Shown here piece after piece: positions 9,693 to 19,900 of a stretch of DNA of 64,000 nucleotides; the first letter of the stretch is position 1, and every line of letters starts with the position of its first letter. Location: IMG/VR virus record IMGVR_UViG_3300042922_000542, positions 124,001-188,000 of that record. The stretch is one strand, 5' to 3'. The translations under genes and the position numbers were made by a program. The notes beneath the pieces were generated by a model, which saw nothing but the letters and a program-made list of their open reading frames with translations, was not told the origin of the DNA and searched no databases.

Positions 9693-9722
9693 TATATAGG
9701 AGTCGTTTCGGACTCCTATATA
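9693..9722. terminator. intrinsic terminator after 9736 ORF
   Basis: TATATAGGAGTC-gtttcg-GACTCCTATATA stem, T-tract on minus strand. Confidence 0.75.
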
Positions 9723-9735
9723 ATAAAAAAATATT

Positions 9736-10545
9736 TTATACTTTAGTTTTTAATATTGTGATAACTGCCTGATTGTATGGGCTGGTATTAATTCGATATA
9801 TCTGCTCGTCATCATCAAGTGTACCTGATGTAATAACAGTTGATGTTACGAATTTTAATAATTCCATAATACCACTATTATTAATTACTTGCTTATTAAA
9901 ATGAATTAATGATATCGCATTTTCATTCCCTATAGTGAGAAACGCATGACTATCATCAGGTATTATAATATCTGAATTATTTTCTATCATAGTGACAATT
10001 TTTTTTATTTTTGGTGTGATATTGAGCATGTGCAATATAGTTTGGTCGACGATATATTTTGTATATGATTTATTTAAATAAATTGACTGCCTTTGAAATA
10101 TATCGATCTCATTACTCTCAACGAATAATTGCACTTCAGGATTCCCAATTCCAAATTTATTAGCGATTGTGGATGTTATTACTCTTGACACATTCGGTAA
10201 TATATAAAGATCTGTGATGGCTTTTAGTATCTCAATATCTTCATTATTGAATAATGCAAAATCATCTATATTTGAAAATTCTCTAAATAATTCGTTTTTA
10301 ACTATATCATCAATCAAATTATTAGATAGATATACCATAAATTCTCCATCAGGATCCAATAACATTCTGACTTGTTGTAATTCTGGTATAAATACTTTGT
10401 GCACTGGTTTGTATACTTGTTTAAAATTTTTAATAAATTCTGAGAATATTAATCCAGCCAGTGATGATATAATTGATAATTGAAATAGTTCAACTTGAGC
10501 TTTGTTTTCTTTCAATATTTCTTTAATTCGATTTGAAATAGACAT
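9736..10545 (-). CDS. hypothetical protein
   Basis: 269-aa ORF with AAAGGTGG RBS. Confidence 0.7.
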   Translation of the reverse strand: MSISNRIKEILKENKAQVELFQLSIISSLAGLIFSEFIKNFKQVYKPVHKVFIPELQQVRMLLDPDGEFMVYLSNNLIDDIVKNELFREFSNIDDFALFNNEDIEILKAITDLYILPNVSRVITSTIANKFGIGNPEVQLFVESNEIDIFQRQSIYLNKSYTKYIVDQTILHMLNITPKIKKIVTMIENNSDIIIPDDSHAFLTIGNENAISLIHFNKQVINNSGIMELLKFVTSTVITSGTLDDDEQIYRINTSPYNQAVITILKTKV

Positions 10546-10605
10546 AGTATGTTAACCACCTTTTTAATATAATTTATTAAATATAATTGTAAAGGAGAAA
10601 TATAA

Positions 10606-12042
10606 ATGTATAATGATAATATGTTTTCATTAAATATTTTTGAAGAATCACAAAAGTCGGAATTTATCACCGAGGCAGTTTTTAAGGATGGTAAGAATAA
10701 AATTAAACCAATACAGGATTCCTTCGATAAACTAGCTAGAGTTTATTCAACAATGAAAAAAGGTTTGAACGGTTATAGTTCTACATATGATAATCATGTA
10801 AAATTTTATAAAGATGATGCTTGGAAAGAATTAGAGAAGAGTATGATAGAAATACTGGGAGTTAGAAGTATAGTATTTGATCATATGTCCATGCGATCAG
10901 GACATGCTGGTAAATATTGGTTGAATTGCTACACATATACAAATATGTATGATAGATTCCCGATTGATAGTTTAATATCAGATGCTGGATTTTACGACCA
11001 GTCTCATACATTAATGTGTGAAATGACAATATCACAACAGTTATTTGAAATATGTACACCTGAAGAAATCACTGCAATATTTTTACATGAGTTGGGGCAT
11101 AATATAGATCCAGCTTTAGTTGATATTAAATATTCAGGCGTCGATGTATTAATCGATTCAATGTTGGGTAGAACAACATCAGAATCCAAAATAGATAAAT
11201 TAAAATCAAAATTGGGTATTAAAAAGAAAGGTCTTGTCGAAGACGTAGTTTTTACAATATATGTATTATTCTTGATGATTATTACATTTGGTCCACTTGT
11301 TGCCATATTGATAGACACATTGATTAGAAGATTTGAATCTAAAGAGAAAAAAATGAATAAAATTAAGGAATTATTAAAAGAAGCCAATGAATTTAATAGA
11401 AAAAATAATACAGAAGCATACGCTGATAATATAGCTAGAATGTATGGATATGGTGCAGCTCTTATGACGGGTTTAGAAAAGGTCGGAAAACAGAATGAAG
11501 ATATTGCACTTTATTCATATAGAAAAAAAGCTAAACGTAGAGAAAAAGTAATATTAGATATGTATATTGATTCATTGAGAGATGTACATGGTACAGATGT
11601 TCAACGTATAGTTGCACTTATAAAAGAATACGAAACTGACCTTAAAGATCCATCAATCCCAGACGGCACTAAAAAGTGGATACGAGCAGATAAAGAAAAA
11701 TTAGAAGCAGTCTTAAATGCATATGTAAATAATAAAGACAAAGTTAAAGCTAACGTTAATAAGATGATTAAAACTGCAATGGACGGATTGGATTCAGAAA
11801 AAGATGGAGAAAATATTGTAGAAAGTGTTGAATTGTTTGAAGAGAAACATCGTGATGATTATCAATCATTAACTGCGGCTGAACGAGAAATCGCTAATGA
11901 GCGATTTGGTAAAATACAATGTAGTATCATGAAGGATAAGGATGGATATTTTGCTAGAACTCATAGGATGAGGAGCAAGTCTTATACATCCTTGGAAAAA
12001 CTCCCTATATCAGTGGTTGAACGTGTATCATCCTCCAGTTAA
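10606..12042 (+). CDS. zincin (HExxH) metallopeptidase with transmembrane helix, probably virion-associated
   Basis: FLHELGH, downstream EAYADN third-ligand motif, hydrophobic VVFTIYVLFLMIITFGPLVAILI segment; AAAGGAG RBS. Confidence 0.8.
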   Translation: MYNDNMFSLNIFEESQKSEFITEAVFKDGKNKIKPIQDSFDKLARVYSTMKKGLNGYSSTYDNHVKFYKDDAWKELEKSMIEILGVRSIVFDHMSMRSGHAGKYWLNCYTYTNMYDRFPIDSLISDAGFYDQSHTLMCEMTISQQLFEICTPEEITAIFLHELGHNIDPALVDIKYSGVDVLIDSMLGRTTSESKIDKLKSKLGIKKKGLVEDVVFTIYVLFLMIITFGPLVAILIDTLIRRFESKEKKMNKIKELLKEANEFNRKNNTEAYADNIARMYGYGAALMTGLEKVGKQNEDIALYSYRKKAKRREKVILDMYIDSLRDVHGTDVQRIVALIKEYETDLKDPSIPDGTKKWIRADKEKLEAVLNAYVNNKDKVKANVNKMIKTAMDGLDSEKDGENIVESVELFEEKHRDDYQSLTAAEREIANERFGKIQCSIMKDKDGYFARTHRMRSKSYTSLEKLPISVVERVSSSS

Positions 12043-12044
12043 AT

Positions 12045-12054
12045 TATATATTAT
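12045..12054 (+). promoter_or_regulatory. early-type promoter motif TATATATTAT
   Basis: 33 nt upstream of ATG 12087. Confidence 0.55.
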
Positions 12055-12086
12055 TAATATAATAAATATAAAAGGGAGAATAATAT

Positions 12087-12251
12087 ATGAGCGAGTTTGA
12101 TTGGTTTGGTCCAAAGAAAAAATCTAAACCCGTTAATGTTTTTGTCGAGGGTCCTATAACGAAAAAGATTATTAAAAAATTAAAACGTGATAAACCCGGT
12201 CGCACAATTATCATTAATGGAAAAATATATATCGATCCTGATACTGATTAA
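12087..12251 (+). CDS. 54-aa basic protein absent from the ORF track (MSEFDWFGPKKKSKPVNV...YIDPDTD)
   Basis: AAAGGGAG RBS, own promoter motif and downstream terminator. Confidence 0.7.
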   Translation: MSEFDWFGPKKKSKPVNVFVEGPITKKIIKKLKRDKPGRTIIINGKIYIDPDTD

Positions 12252-12285
12252 AAAATAGGAGGGAGTCAAACCCCTCCTATTTTTT
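12251..12285. terminator. bidirectional terminator
   Basis: AAAAATAGGAGGG..CCCTCCTATTTTT between convergent small genes. Confidence 0.8.
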
Positions 12286-12470
12286 TATTTATTATAGTCG
12301 TAATATGGTAATCTAAAGAATGCATCAAGTGGTCTATTTGGGAATATGCAATTATATGGAAAATATTTTTTTATATCTGATATCAATTGAAATTCCGCAA
12401 AACACGTATTGCAGAAATAATGATCACCTATTATTTTTATATCTTGAGAATCACATTTTGGACATTTCAT
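12285..12470 (-). CDS. small zinc-ribbon protein
   Basis: MKCPKC..YFCNTC; AAGGAG RBS. Confidence 0.7.
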   Translation of the reverse strand: MKCPKCDSQDIKIIGDHYFCNTCFAEFQLISDIKKYFPYNCIFPNRPLDAFFRLPYYDYNK

Positions 12471-12565
12471 ATATTTAATCCTCCTTAAACATATTATAAA
12501 CTTGTAAAGACGTTTGACATGGAGATAATAAAAATAATTAAAAATCAGAAAGGACTGGATTTACT

Positions 12566-15500
12566 ATGATTGATAATATAACCACTGGAATTGAATTAAG
12601 TAATTTAGACTATGATACATATGCTCTTACACAAGACGGTTCATTTTCAGAAGCATATAAATTTACATCAATTGAATTTAATCGAATATATACTTCAAAA
12701 GTTCGTTTACCAGATGGAAAGAGTAATATCATATATTTATTATCTGATACATTTGATAAAACAGTTGATTTATTAAATCACAATAGTATTAGTATACCAC
12801 CTACATATCGTAAAGTATATTATCCAATTGTGAAGCAAGGAACATTTCTCAATAGACGTTATCGTATGAATTTTCTTAAAGCTAAAGTTGAAAGGGATGC
12901 ATTCATAAAAACTCAAACAAATCGAAAAAGGATTGCATATCCAAGTAGAACCATTTCAGCAACATCTACTGATAATTTATTTTTCATTACATCTGATTTA
13001 TATAATGTAGTCTCACCTGTAATGAAAAATGTTTCGATTAATAAATTAATGAAAACATTTTTTAATGATTTTATTGATATACTGCAGTCAATGACACCTG
13101 CTAATCAGGAGGCTAAAGGTCCTGAATTTAGTAATAGAATCTTAATCGTCGATGCAGATGCATTTAGATTCTCGGGTGGATCGTTAACTGAAAATAAAAC
13201 AAATCTATTATTTTTATTATATCTATCATTTTTAAGAACTCGTGACAACTCAGCAACGGGTGCTGATATTGATATAGTTATATTAAGTAAAAATTTACTT
13301 ATGAAATTTAATCCTGCAAGAATAAATCCAAATAAATTTAATAAATTTAGAACAGCATTATTTAGAATAATGAAAACCAATTTGGATGATTATACTGCAA
13401 CATTAACTGAGGATGAACAAAAGGAACTTACGATATCATCTGATGATATAATTACGAAAAATATAGTAGATAAAAAGGTTGATGTTTATACAAAATACAG
13501 TTCACCTGCAGTACGTACTGCATTAGCAAGTGCTATTGATAGTGAATTACGTTCAAAACATATGCAATCAATGGCTCGTGAAGATATAACTAAATCTACG
13601 CAAAACGAAATATCTACTGGTAAAAAAATGACTGGTAAAGATTATGATAATATTAATCACTCGATCGAATATAAAATGTCTAAAACTGTAGTGAATGATT
13701 TGAGTAGAACGCCTAAGACTGTTAAAGACTCTCAAGATACAAGAAAGCGTGATTTATTTAAATCGGTTATCGGTGGCGGTTATGAACCTCTCGTTAGTGA
13801 AGAAGAAATTGATATGGGTGCAGTTGAGGATGATATTATCGGTAAACAGGATCCTGCGGAGTTGGATGATTATATCGATAATGTATCAGATGAAATTGAT
13901 AATATCATATTAAATGATAAAAGCATTGCTGAAGATATAATTGATGAAATACAAACTCGTACGATTCCTATGGGTAGTAAACGAAACTCCCCAGTTAATG
14001 GACCATTAGATGAGAAACTAAGGGAACAACAGAAAAAGGTTGTCGTTAGGGATTCTACAATAGAAGAAATTTTATCACGTGAAAATTCAGCAATACCTGT
14101 TCAAACCGATGATAAGTCCGCAAGTTTCAAAAGCTTAAATCCGAATGTTAAAACTATTACGTTTGCTAACTTTGATAAGACTTATATAGAGGAATTATAT
14201 AGTGCCGATTTAGTTGCAGTATTCAATTCACTACAGGATAAATCAACGCCGTTTTATATAACATCGATTGATATCACCGATGCTTCAACTGCGTTAGATC
14301 TTAAAGAAACATGGAAAGTACACCTAAAAGATGAAACTGGTAAGTCCCATACTATTACGGTAGATATACCAAAATTTTATCAAAATAAATTCTTATGGCT
14401 CGGCGGCAATAAGAAAATGATAATGAAACAAAATCTATATAATCCAATAGTAAAAGACACGGCAGATTCAGTTATAATAACAACTAACTACAATAAAGTC
14501 ACTGTAACTCGTAGAGCTACAAAATCATTTGCTCAAATTGAAAATTTATTTTCACTGGTTAAAAAAGTGGATGATGTCGAAATGTTTATTGCAGGTGATG
14601 CATCTAAAATAAACATGAAATATATATCGACATTAGAATATGATGAGATCGGTAAATCATTATTTAAATTTAAATCGGGTGATTGTGAATTATTCTTTAA
14701 TAGGGAATATATTAATAATAATATTAATACCACAGAGACTATTGGTAACAATGAATTTATTATAGGTTTCGAAGGTAAAACGCCTGTAATCATACATGAA
14801 GATACCGGTAAAGATAGAAATAATAGAACAATCATCGAAGTCATATATCAAAATCTATCTGATGAACATAAGGCTATATTTGATTCGACTAAGGCTAGAA
14901 AACAAGCTATGTATGCTGAAGGAAAATTATTAGGTCAATTTGTTCCAGTGATTGTGACATTGATAGTATGGAATGGAATAACTAAAACATTAGACGCGAT
15001 GGATATCCAATGGCAATTCCATAAAGATGTAAAACGATTACCAAAAATGAATTTTAATATGAGTTATATTAAATTTGAAGATGGAATCCTTGAATATGAA
15101 TCAAACCTATTTACCCAGCTCATATTAAATGGATTAAATAAGCTAGGACCTGAACACCTTACATTTGAATCATTAAATGATGAAAGTGGATATATTGAAT
15201 ATCTCCATTCAATATTCGGTACATATACAATCGTGACACAGTTCAGAACATTCTATGAATTTTTAGTAGATCCTGTAACAAAAGATATTTGCCGAGATAT
15301 GTTTTTACCACAGACACCTGAAGGCCTTATGATACATTCTGTAAAATTATTAGCAAATAATGCATATATTAATAAAGCATCAGATAAATCATATAGAATT
15401 AGATCTGTGGAAATAATACCCGCTATATTATATAATAAAATAGCTGCACAATACACGAAATATGTTACATCGGGTAGAAGAATACCATTTAGTTTACCAA

Positions 15501-17050
15501 AAGAAACTGTTATCAAAGAATTATTAGCAGTTAACACGGTTGAGGATTATTCAACTCTTAACCCAGCAATCGAAATTGGTAAATCATATGGAATATCAGC
15601 GAGAGGTTATAAAGGTTCTAATACCGATAGATCATATGATGAGGAAAAACGTTCATACGATGAATCATCAATTGGTAAACTAGCGATGTCATCTCCAAAT
15701 GATGCCAATATCGGTATAACTCGTGAGTTAGTTGTTGAGCCTACAATTACAAATGCAAGAGGGTGCCGCGCACCAGTAGAGGATCTCGACGACCTTAAGG
15801 ATGTTAATATATTTAGTCCTGTGGAGCTTTTGACACCCGGTACTGTAAGAATGGATGATCCAATACGTACTGCAATTGCAGGTAAACAAACTCGTCACTT
15901 GGTTCCTGTTGCAAATGCATCTCCTGCGTTAATATCTAATGGATTTGATGAGGCGATTCAATTTCATCTCTCATCGGACTTTGTTGTTAATGCGGAAGAA
16001 GATGGTGAAGTTGTAGAAGTAAATGAAGAAGTTGGTTTCATTATCGTTAAATATAAATCAGGTAATACACAGGCAATAAACATTAATCCTGAAATAGTAA
16101 AAAATGGCGGTGGAGGATTCTATCTATCAAATACTTTAAGAGCGACTGTTAAATTGCACGATAAATTTAAAAAAGATGATGTGTTGGCATATCATGATAA
16201 ATATTTTAAATTCTCAAAGAATAATGGATTGCGTTTTGCTATAGGTCCGCTTGTAAAATGCGCATTTATATCAACATATAATACCTATGAGGATGCTGGT
16301 ATATGTACAGAAAAATTGGCGGATATGATGAAAACATCCATCGTATATAAAGAGGTTGGTACGTTTAAACGAAATTCAAACGTAATTAATATGGTTAATG
16401 TAGGTGATCATGTTAATATTGGAGATTCATTAATTAAATATGATACATCGTTTGATGACACTGAAATTTCAAAACTCATGGCTCATCTGTCGGATGAAAA
16501 TAAAGAATTGATTGAAGAAACCTCCAAGAATGATGTTATAACGCAACATGCGGGTAAAGTTGTTGACATTAAGATATTTACTCTACATGATCCTTCTAAT
16601 CTATCACCAACTTTAGGTGATGTTGTTAAAAAATACTTTGATGTAGGATTATCTAGAAAAGAATTATTAACGAAATATGATTCATCTGAAGGAATTATAA
16701 AAGCTGGTTATCTATTAACAGAAACAATTGAGCCGGTTGTATCTAGATATAATGATATTAAAGGTATAAAGACTGATGTGTTAATAGAATTTTATATTGA
16801 ACATGGTGATGTTGCCGGCATCGGTGATAAAATAGTATTATACGGACCTAATAAGCAGATTATCTCTGAAGTAATTCCAAAAGGATATGAACCATACTCA
16901 GAATTACATCCGGATGAGGAGATATCAGTATTTACAAGTCCGGGTACTATAGCAAGGCGTATGACATCAAGTATTATTCCTATTTCTATGGGGATGAAAA
17001 TCATGGTCGAGCTAAAAAGAAAAATTAAAGATATTATAAAATATAAGTAA
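12566..17050 (+). CDS. rpoB: virion RNAP beta subunit, large N-terminal part (phiKZ gp178-like)
   Basis: GKLAMSSP.DANIGITREL, DDPIRTAIAGKQ.RH.VP, GDKIV.YGPNKQIISEVIP, SPGTIARRM; 1494 aa with a long N-terminal extension. Confidence 0.9.
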   Translation: MIDNITTGIELSNLDYDTYALTQDGSFSEAYKFTSIEFNRIYTSKVRLPDGKSNIIYLLSDTFDKTVDLLNHNSISIPPTYRKVYYPIVKQGTFLNRRYRMNFLKAKVERDAFIKTQTNRKRIAYPSRTISATSTDNLFFITSDLYNVVSPVMKNVSINKLMKTFFNDFIDILQSMTPANQEAKGPEFSNRILIVDADAFRFSGGSLTENKTNLLFLLYLSFLRTRDNSATGADIDIVILSKNLLMKFNPARINPNKFNKFRTALFRIMKTNLDDYTATLTEDEQKELTISSDDIITKNIVDKKVDVYTKYSSPAVRTALASAIDSELRSKHMQSMAREDITKSTQNEISTGKKMTGKDYDNINHSIEYKMSKTVVNDLSRTPKTVKDSQDTRKRDLFKSVIGGGYEPLVSEEEIDMGAVEDDIIGKQDPAELDDYIDNVSDEIDNIILNDKSIAEDIIDEIQTRTIPMGSKRNSPVNGPLDEKLREQQKKVVVRDSTIEEILSRENSAIPVQTDDKSASFKSLNPNVKTITFANFDKTYIEELYSADLVAVFNSLQDKSTPFYITSIDITDASTALDLKETWKVHLKDETGKSHTITVDIPKFYQNKFLWLGGNKKMIMKQNLYNPIVKDTADSVIITTNYNKVTVTRRATKSFAQIENLFSLVKKVDDVEMFIAGDASKINMKYISTLEYDEIGKSLFKFKSGDCELFFNREYINNNINTTETIGNNEFIIGFEGKTPVIIHEDTGKDRNNRTIIEVIYQNLSDEHKAIFDSTKARKQAMYAEGKLLGQFVPVIVTLIVWNGITKTLDAMDIQWQFHKDVKRLPKMNFNMSYIKFEDGILEYESNLFTQLILNGLNKLGPEHLTFESLNDESGYIEYLHSIFGTYTIVTQFRTFYEFLVDPVTKDICRDMFLPQTPEGLMIHSVKLLANNAYINKASDKSYRIRSVEIIPAILYNKIAAQYTKYVTSGRRIPFSLPKETVIKELLAVNTVEDYSTLNPAIEIGKSYGISARGYKGSNTDRSYDEEKRSYDESSIGKLAMSSPNDANIGITRELVVEPTITNARGCRAPVEDLDDLKDVNIFSPVELLTPGTVRMDDPIRTAIAGKQTRHLVPVANASPALISNGFDEAIQFHLSSDFVVNAEEDGEVVEVNEEVGFIIVKYKSGNTQAININPEIVKNGGGGFYLSNTLRATVKLHDKFKKDDVLAYHDKYFKFSKNNGLRFAIGPLVKCAFISTYNTYEDAGICTEKLADMMKTSIVYKEVGTFKRNSNVINMVNVGDHVNIGDSLIKYDTSFDDTEISKLMAHLSDENKELIEETSKNDVITQHAGKVVDIKIFTLHDPSNLSPTLGDVVKKYFDVGLSRKELLTKYDSSEGIIKAGYLLTETIEPVVSRYNDIKGIKTDVLIEFYIEHGDVAGIGDKIVLYGPNKQIISEVIPKGYEPYSELHPDEEISVFTSPGTIARRMTSSIIPISMGMKIMVELKRKIKDIIKYK

Positions 17051-17052
17051 AA

Positions 17053-17084
17053 AAAATAGTTGGGATTTAAATCCCAACTATTTT
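17053..17084. terminator. bidirectional terminator
   Basis: AAAATAGTTGGGAT-ttaa-ATCCCAACTATTTT perfect 14-bp stem between convergent genes. Confidence 0.85.
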
Positions 17085-17097
17085 ATATTTTATTTGT

Positions 17098-17415
17098 TTA
17101 ATCTTCTATTATTTGTAACTGCAATAAGCTGGCAATATCGGATATTCTAATTCTTAACATTTCTAGAATATCTGACAACTTCCGCGGTGCACCACTATTA
17201 ATATATATTTCATAATACCATGTATCTAATTTTTCAAGAAATTCAAATATATCGATAAAAGCATTTATATATGTTTTATTATCTAAATTTTTAGCAATAT
17301 GCTTGAAACAATTGATAGTATAAATACGTGATAAGAATTCAACTTTATCACCATCTTCCCAGAATTCAACTTCAAATAAATTATCATTAGTTTCATTTCT
17401 TAAATAAATGACCAT
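17098..17415 (-). CDS. hypothetical protein
   Basis: 105 aa, AGGAG RBS, small-gene cluster. Confidence 0.65.
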   Translation of the reverse strand: MVIYLRNETNDNLFEVEFWEDGDKVEFLSRIYTINCFKHIAKNLDNKTYINAFIDIFEFLEKLDTWYYEIYINSGAPRKLSDILEMLRIRISDIASLLQLQIIED

Positions 17416-17441
17416 AATAATTTCTCCTATTTATGATATTT

Positions 17442-17735
17442 TCACCTATCAACATTTTGACTGTTGCGTAATTCATCAATAATGCGTTGAGCCGATCCAC
17501 TACCATTATCTCTATCATATAGCCATTCTTCGAACTCTTCATCCGATTTCAAATCTATCTTCATCACTCTACCATTTAAATAGTCAAAATATGTGCTGCG
17601 TTTAAGCATTTCTTCAGCTTCATCTTCGGTAATCTGTTTTTGGAATGGTGCAAATATACCCATTCCTTGAACTTGTGCTTCATTATAAAGTGCAATTAAA
17701 ACTGTTGATTTTTTTAAACCTTTAATATTTACCAT
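17442..17735 (-). CDS. hypothetical protein of a phage-associated family (LIALYN..QGMG..YFDYLNGRVMKIDL..LYDRDNG)
   Basis: Recognisable conserved motif set of unknown function. Confidence 0.7.
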   Translation of the reverse strand: MVNIKGLKKSTVLIALYNEAQVQGMGIFAPFQKQITEDEAEEMLKRSTYFDYLNGRVMKIDLKSDEEFEEWLYDRDNGSGSAQRIIDELRNSQNVDR

Positions 17736-17765
17736 AATCGTTCACCCCTATAATATTGTATTTTT

Positions 17766-18035
17766 TTACCATCTTGATTTAGTTGCAAGAAGCACACCAC
17801 TCAGTACAATGCTAGTGTACCAAAACTCTGGGTAATCCCCTCCAAATGCTTCCTTAATTTTATCACAACGATCATTCCAATCTTTTTCAGATGTTGCCTT
17901 CGTCATAAATTCAACTAAATCGTCAGGTGTTTTAATGGTATCTCTACAGGTCGTTAATATTCTATTATCTGTTGTCTCATTTGAGGCTGTTGTTATAACA
18001 TCTTTTAATATTGAACACTTTTCAAAATCCTTCAT
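17766..18035 (-). CDS. hypothetical protein
   Basis: 89 aa, GAGG RBS, packed against neighbours. Confidence 0.65.
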   Translation of the reverse strand: MKDFEKCSILKDVITTASNETTDNRILTTCRDTIKTPDDLVEFMTKATSEKDWNDRCDKIKEAFGGDYPEFWYTSIVLSGVLLATKSRW

Positions 18036-18037
18036 TA

Positions 18038-18487
18038 TTATATCCTCATTTCATCCATATTGAGATTTGTTAATTTTAAAATTCGTATCAATTCATCATA
18101 TACTGTTTTTGTTATAGGCTGACCATTCAACGTTGCAACCTCAAACGCACGATTATCATACCATGTAAAGAAATAATTATCGAAGAACTCTCTATATCCT
18201 TCTCCATCATTTGATTCTCCATCAATTATTATATTTAAAAATAATTGCTTATCACCAGGTCTGATAAATGATATCATTACTGTTAAGGAATCATATTTAT
18301 CATTTTCTAATTCGATATCATCACATACCATGACCGATGTTTGATCACCATACCAAAACTCATTATGATATAATATTTTACGTAATTCATGAAAATCATT
18401 ATCTAGACTTAAAACATCAATTGTCGGTAATGTTTTTAATTCATCACATATTTTATTTGTTTCCAATTTAATATTATCTTTATTCAT
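18038..18487 (-). CDS. hypothetical protein
   Basis: 149 aa, GGAGG RBS. Confidence 0.7.
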   Translation of the reverse strand: MNKDNIKLETNKICDELKTLPTIDVLSLDNDFHELRKILYHNEFWYGDQTSVMVCDDIELENDKYDSLTVMISFIRPGDKQLFLNIIIDGESNDGEGYREFFDNYFFTWYDNRAFEVATLNGQPITKTVYDELIRILKLTNLNMDEMRI

Positions 18488-18515
18488 TTATTATACATAC
18501 CTCCTATTTTGCATA

Positions 18516-18788
18516 TTATATTATGCAGCAAACAAATTTGCATCCTTGTTTTTCATGTTGGGTTAAATCAATATATTTTTCCAACAAATGATAATCGTCT
18601 GGTAATATTTCGACGTAATCATCGCCACCTTTATTTTTCTTATATAAGGCCGCTCGTATATCATAAAATTCAATGAGTGGTCTTCTTTCCTCAAATATTA
18701 ATGGCGCATTTTTAAATTCGTCAACCCAGGGAAGTAATGTCGTATTAGTTTCTTCTTTTACTTGAAATATACTAAATTCAGTTGCCAT
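18516..18788 (-). CDS. hypothetical protein
   Basis: 90 aa, overlaps the upstream stop. Confidence 0.6.
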   Translation of the reverse strand: MATEFSIFQVKEETNTTLLPWVDEFKNAPLIFEERRPLIEFYDIRAALYKKNKGGDDYVEILPDDYHLLEKYIDLTQHEKQGCKFVCCII

Positions 18789-19218
18789 TTATAGACCCTC
18801 TCAATATATTCGATGTACACTTTTCCATATGATGCATATGAATTTCCGAAAGTTCATTCTTCATAGTGTATCCCACCTTTATTGCATATACCAATGCATC
18901 CTGAATCGGCATATTATCAGCAATCGCAACTTTAATCACCGCCCTAAAACAATTATCAGTTTCATATAATCGCAATAGTTCCGGATCATTTACGATAAAA
19001 TCTTCAATTGATGTATATCGATTAGTTTCACCTGTTGTTGTTACATGAATATGTTTAGAATTTTTTTCCATAAGATATTTTGCATCTGAATAATCACCAT
19101 GGGTTATTAAATTATTAACTACACTCATTAATTCAATATTATTATTTACCATATTTATGTCAGCGCATTGTTTCCTAAATTGATTATTATTAATAGCATT
19201 ATTGATTATTGAACACAT
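18778..19218 (-). CDS. hypothetical protein
   Basis: 146 aa, GGGGAG RBS. Confidence 0.65.
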   Translation of the reverse strand: MCSIINNAINNNQFRKQCADINMVNNNIELMSVVNNLITHGDYSDAKYLMEKNSKHIHVTTTGETNRYTSIEDFIVNDPELLRLYETDNCFRAVIKVAIADNMPIQDALVYAIKVGYTMKNELSEIHMHHMEKCTSNILRGSINGN

Positions 19219-19300
19219 TATTTATTTATCTCCCCGTTATAGTTATTAATTTATTCGTCAATCCTCTTTTATAAATTATAACATATTTCTCAATAATAAG

Positions 19301-19327
19301 ATGAGTAGGGTAATGAACCCTACTCAT
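19301..19327. terminator. terminator hairpin
   Basis: ATGAGTAGGGT-aatga-ACCCTACTCAT perfect 11-bp stem. Confidence 0.7.
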
Positions 19328-19388
19328 TATAAGATAATAATTTTATTTAGATAGTAATATTGTTAGTTATTTTAATTCCATATTTTCC

Positions 19389-19646
19389 TTAATCTGATAT
19401 TATAATCGGATCTCCATCGAAATCTCCTGGCAAGGTTACCCTTTCATGACGTTTACGTAGGAGATGTGCCAAATTAGTATTATCCATTTTACGTCTACGC
19501 TTAAATGGATATTTTGCCCTCCCCCTCCTCATTTTCTTACCATGCAGTCTCAACCAATTATTTGTATTACGATATGAATATAGCGACATCCTATACTCAT
19601 TTAACCAAATATCATCTTCGTCACAATTAGTTATTTTTATATCCAT
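19389..19646 (-). CDS. small basic hypothetical protein
   Basis: 85 aa, Arg/Lys-rich middle, GAGG RBS. Confidence 0.65.
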   Translation of the reverse strand: MDIKITNCDEDDIWLNEYRMSLYSYRNTNNWLRLHGKKMRRGRAKYPFKRRRKMDNTNLAHLLRKRHERVTLPGDFDGDPIIISD

Positions 19647-19673
19647 ACTATATCCTCATTTTCACCATTTTAA

Positions 19674-19880
19674 TTATAAACAAACTTTCGCAATGTATTC
19701 AGCATCCAATATTCTTTCTGAATTTAATACATGACCGCATTCACATTTTATCAATGGGTCGATATAAAATTCTCCATTTTTATCTTTATATATTGCACAT
19801 ATAGTAAAGTGTGCAACATATTCCTTATTACATTTCGCACACTTAATTTTTATTACTTTACCAAGCATATACCCATCCAC
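19674..19880 (-). CDS. small zinc-ribbon protein
   Basis: CAKC..C..KCECG; GAGGTGG RBS. Confidence 0.65.
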   Translation of the reverse strand: MDGYMLGKVIKIKCAKCNKEYVAHFTICAIYKDKNGEFYIDPLIKCECGHVLNSERILDAEYIAKVCL

Positions 19881-19900
19881 CTCTCGAATTAATATTTATT

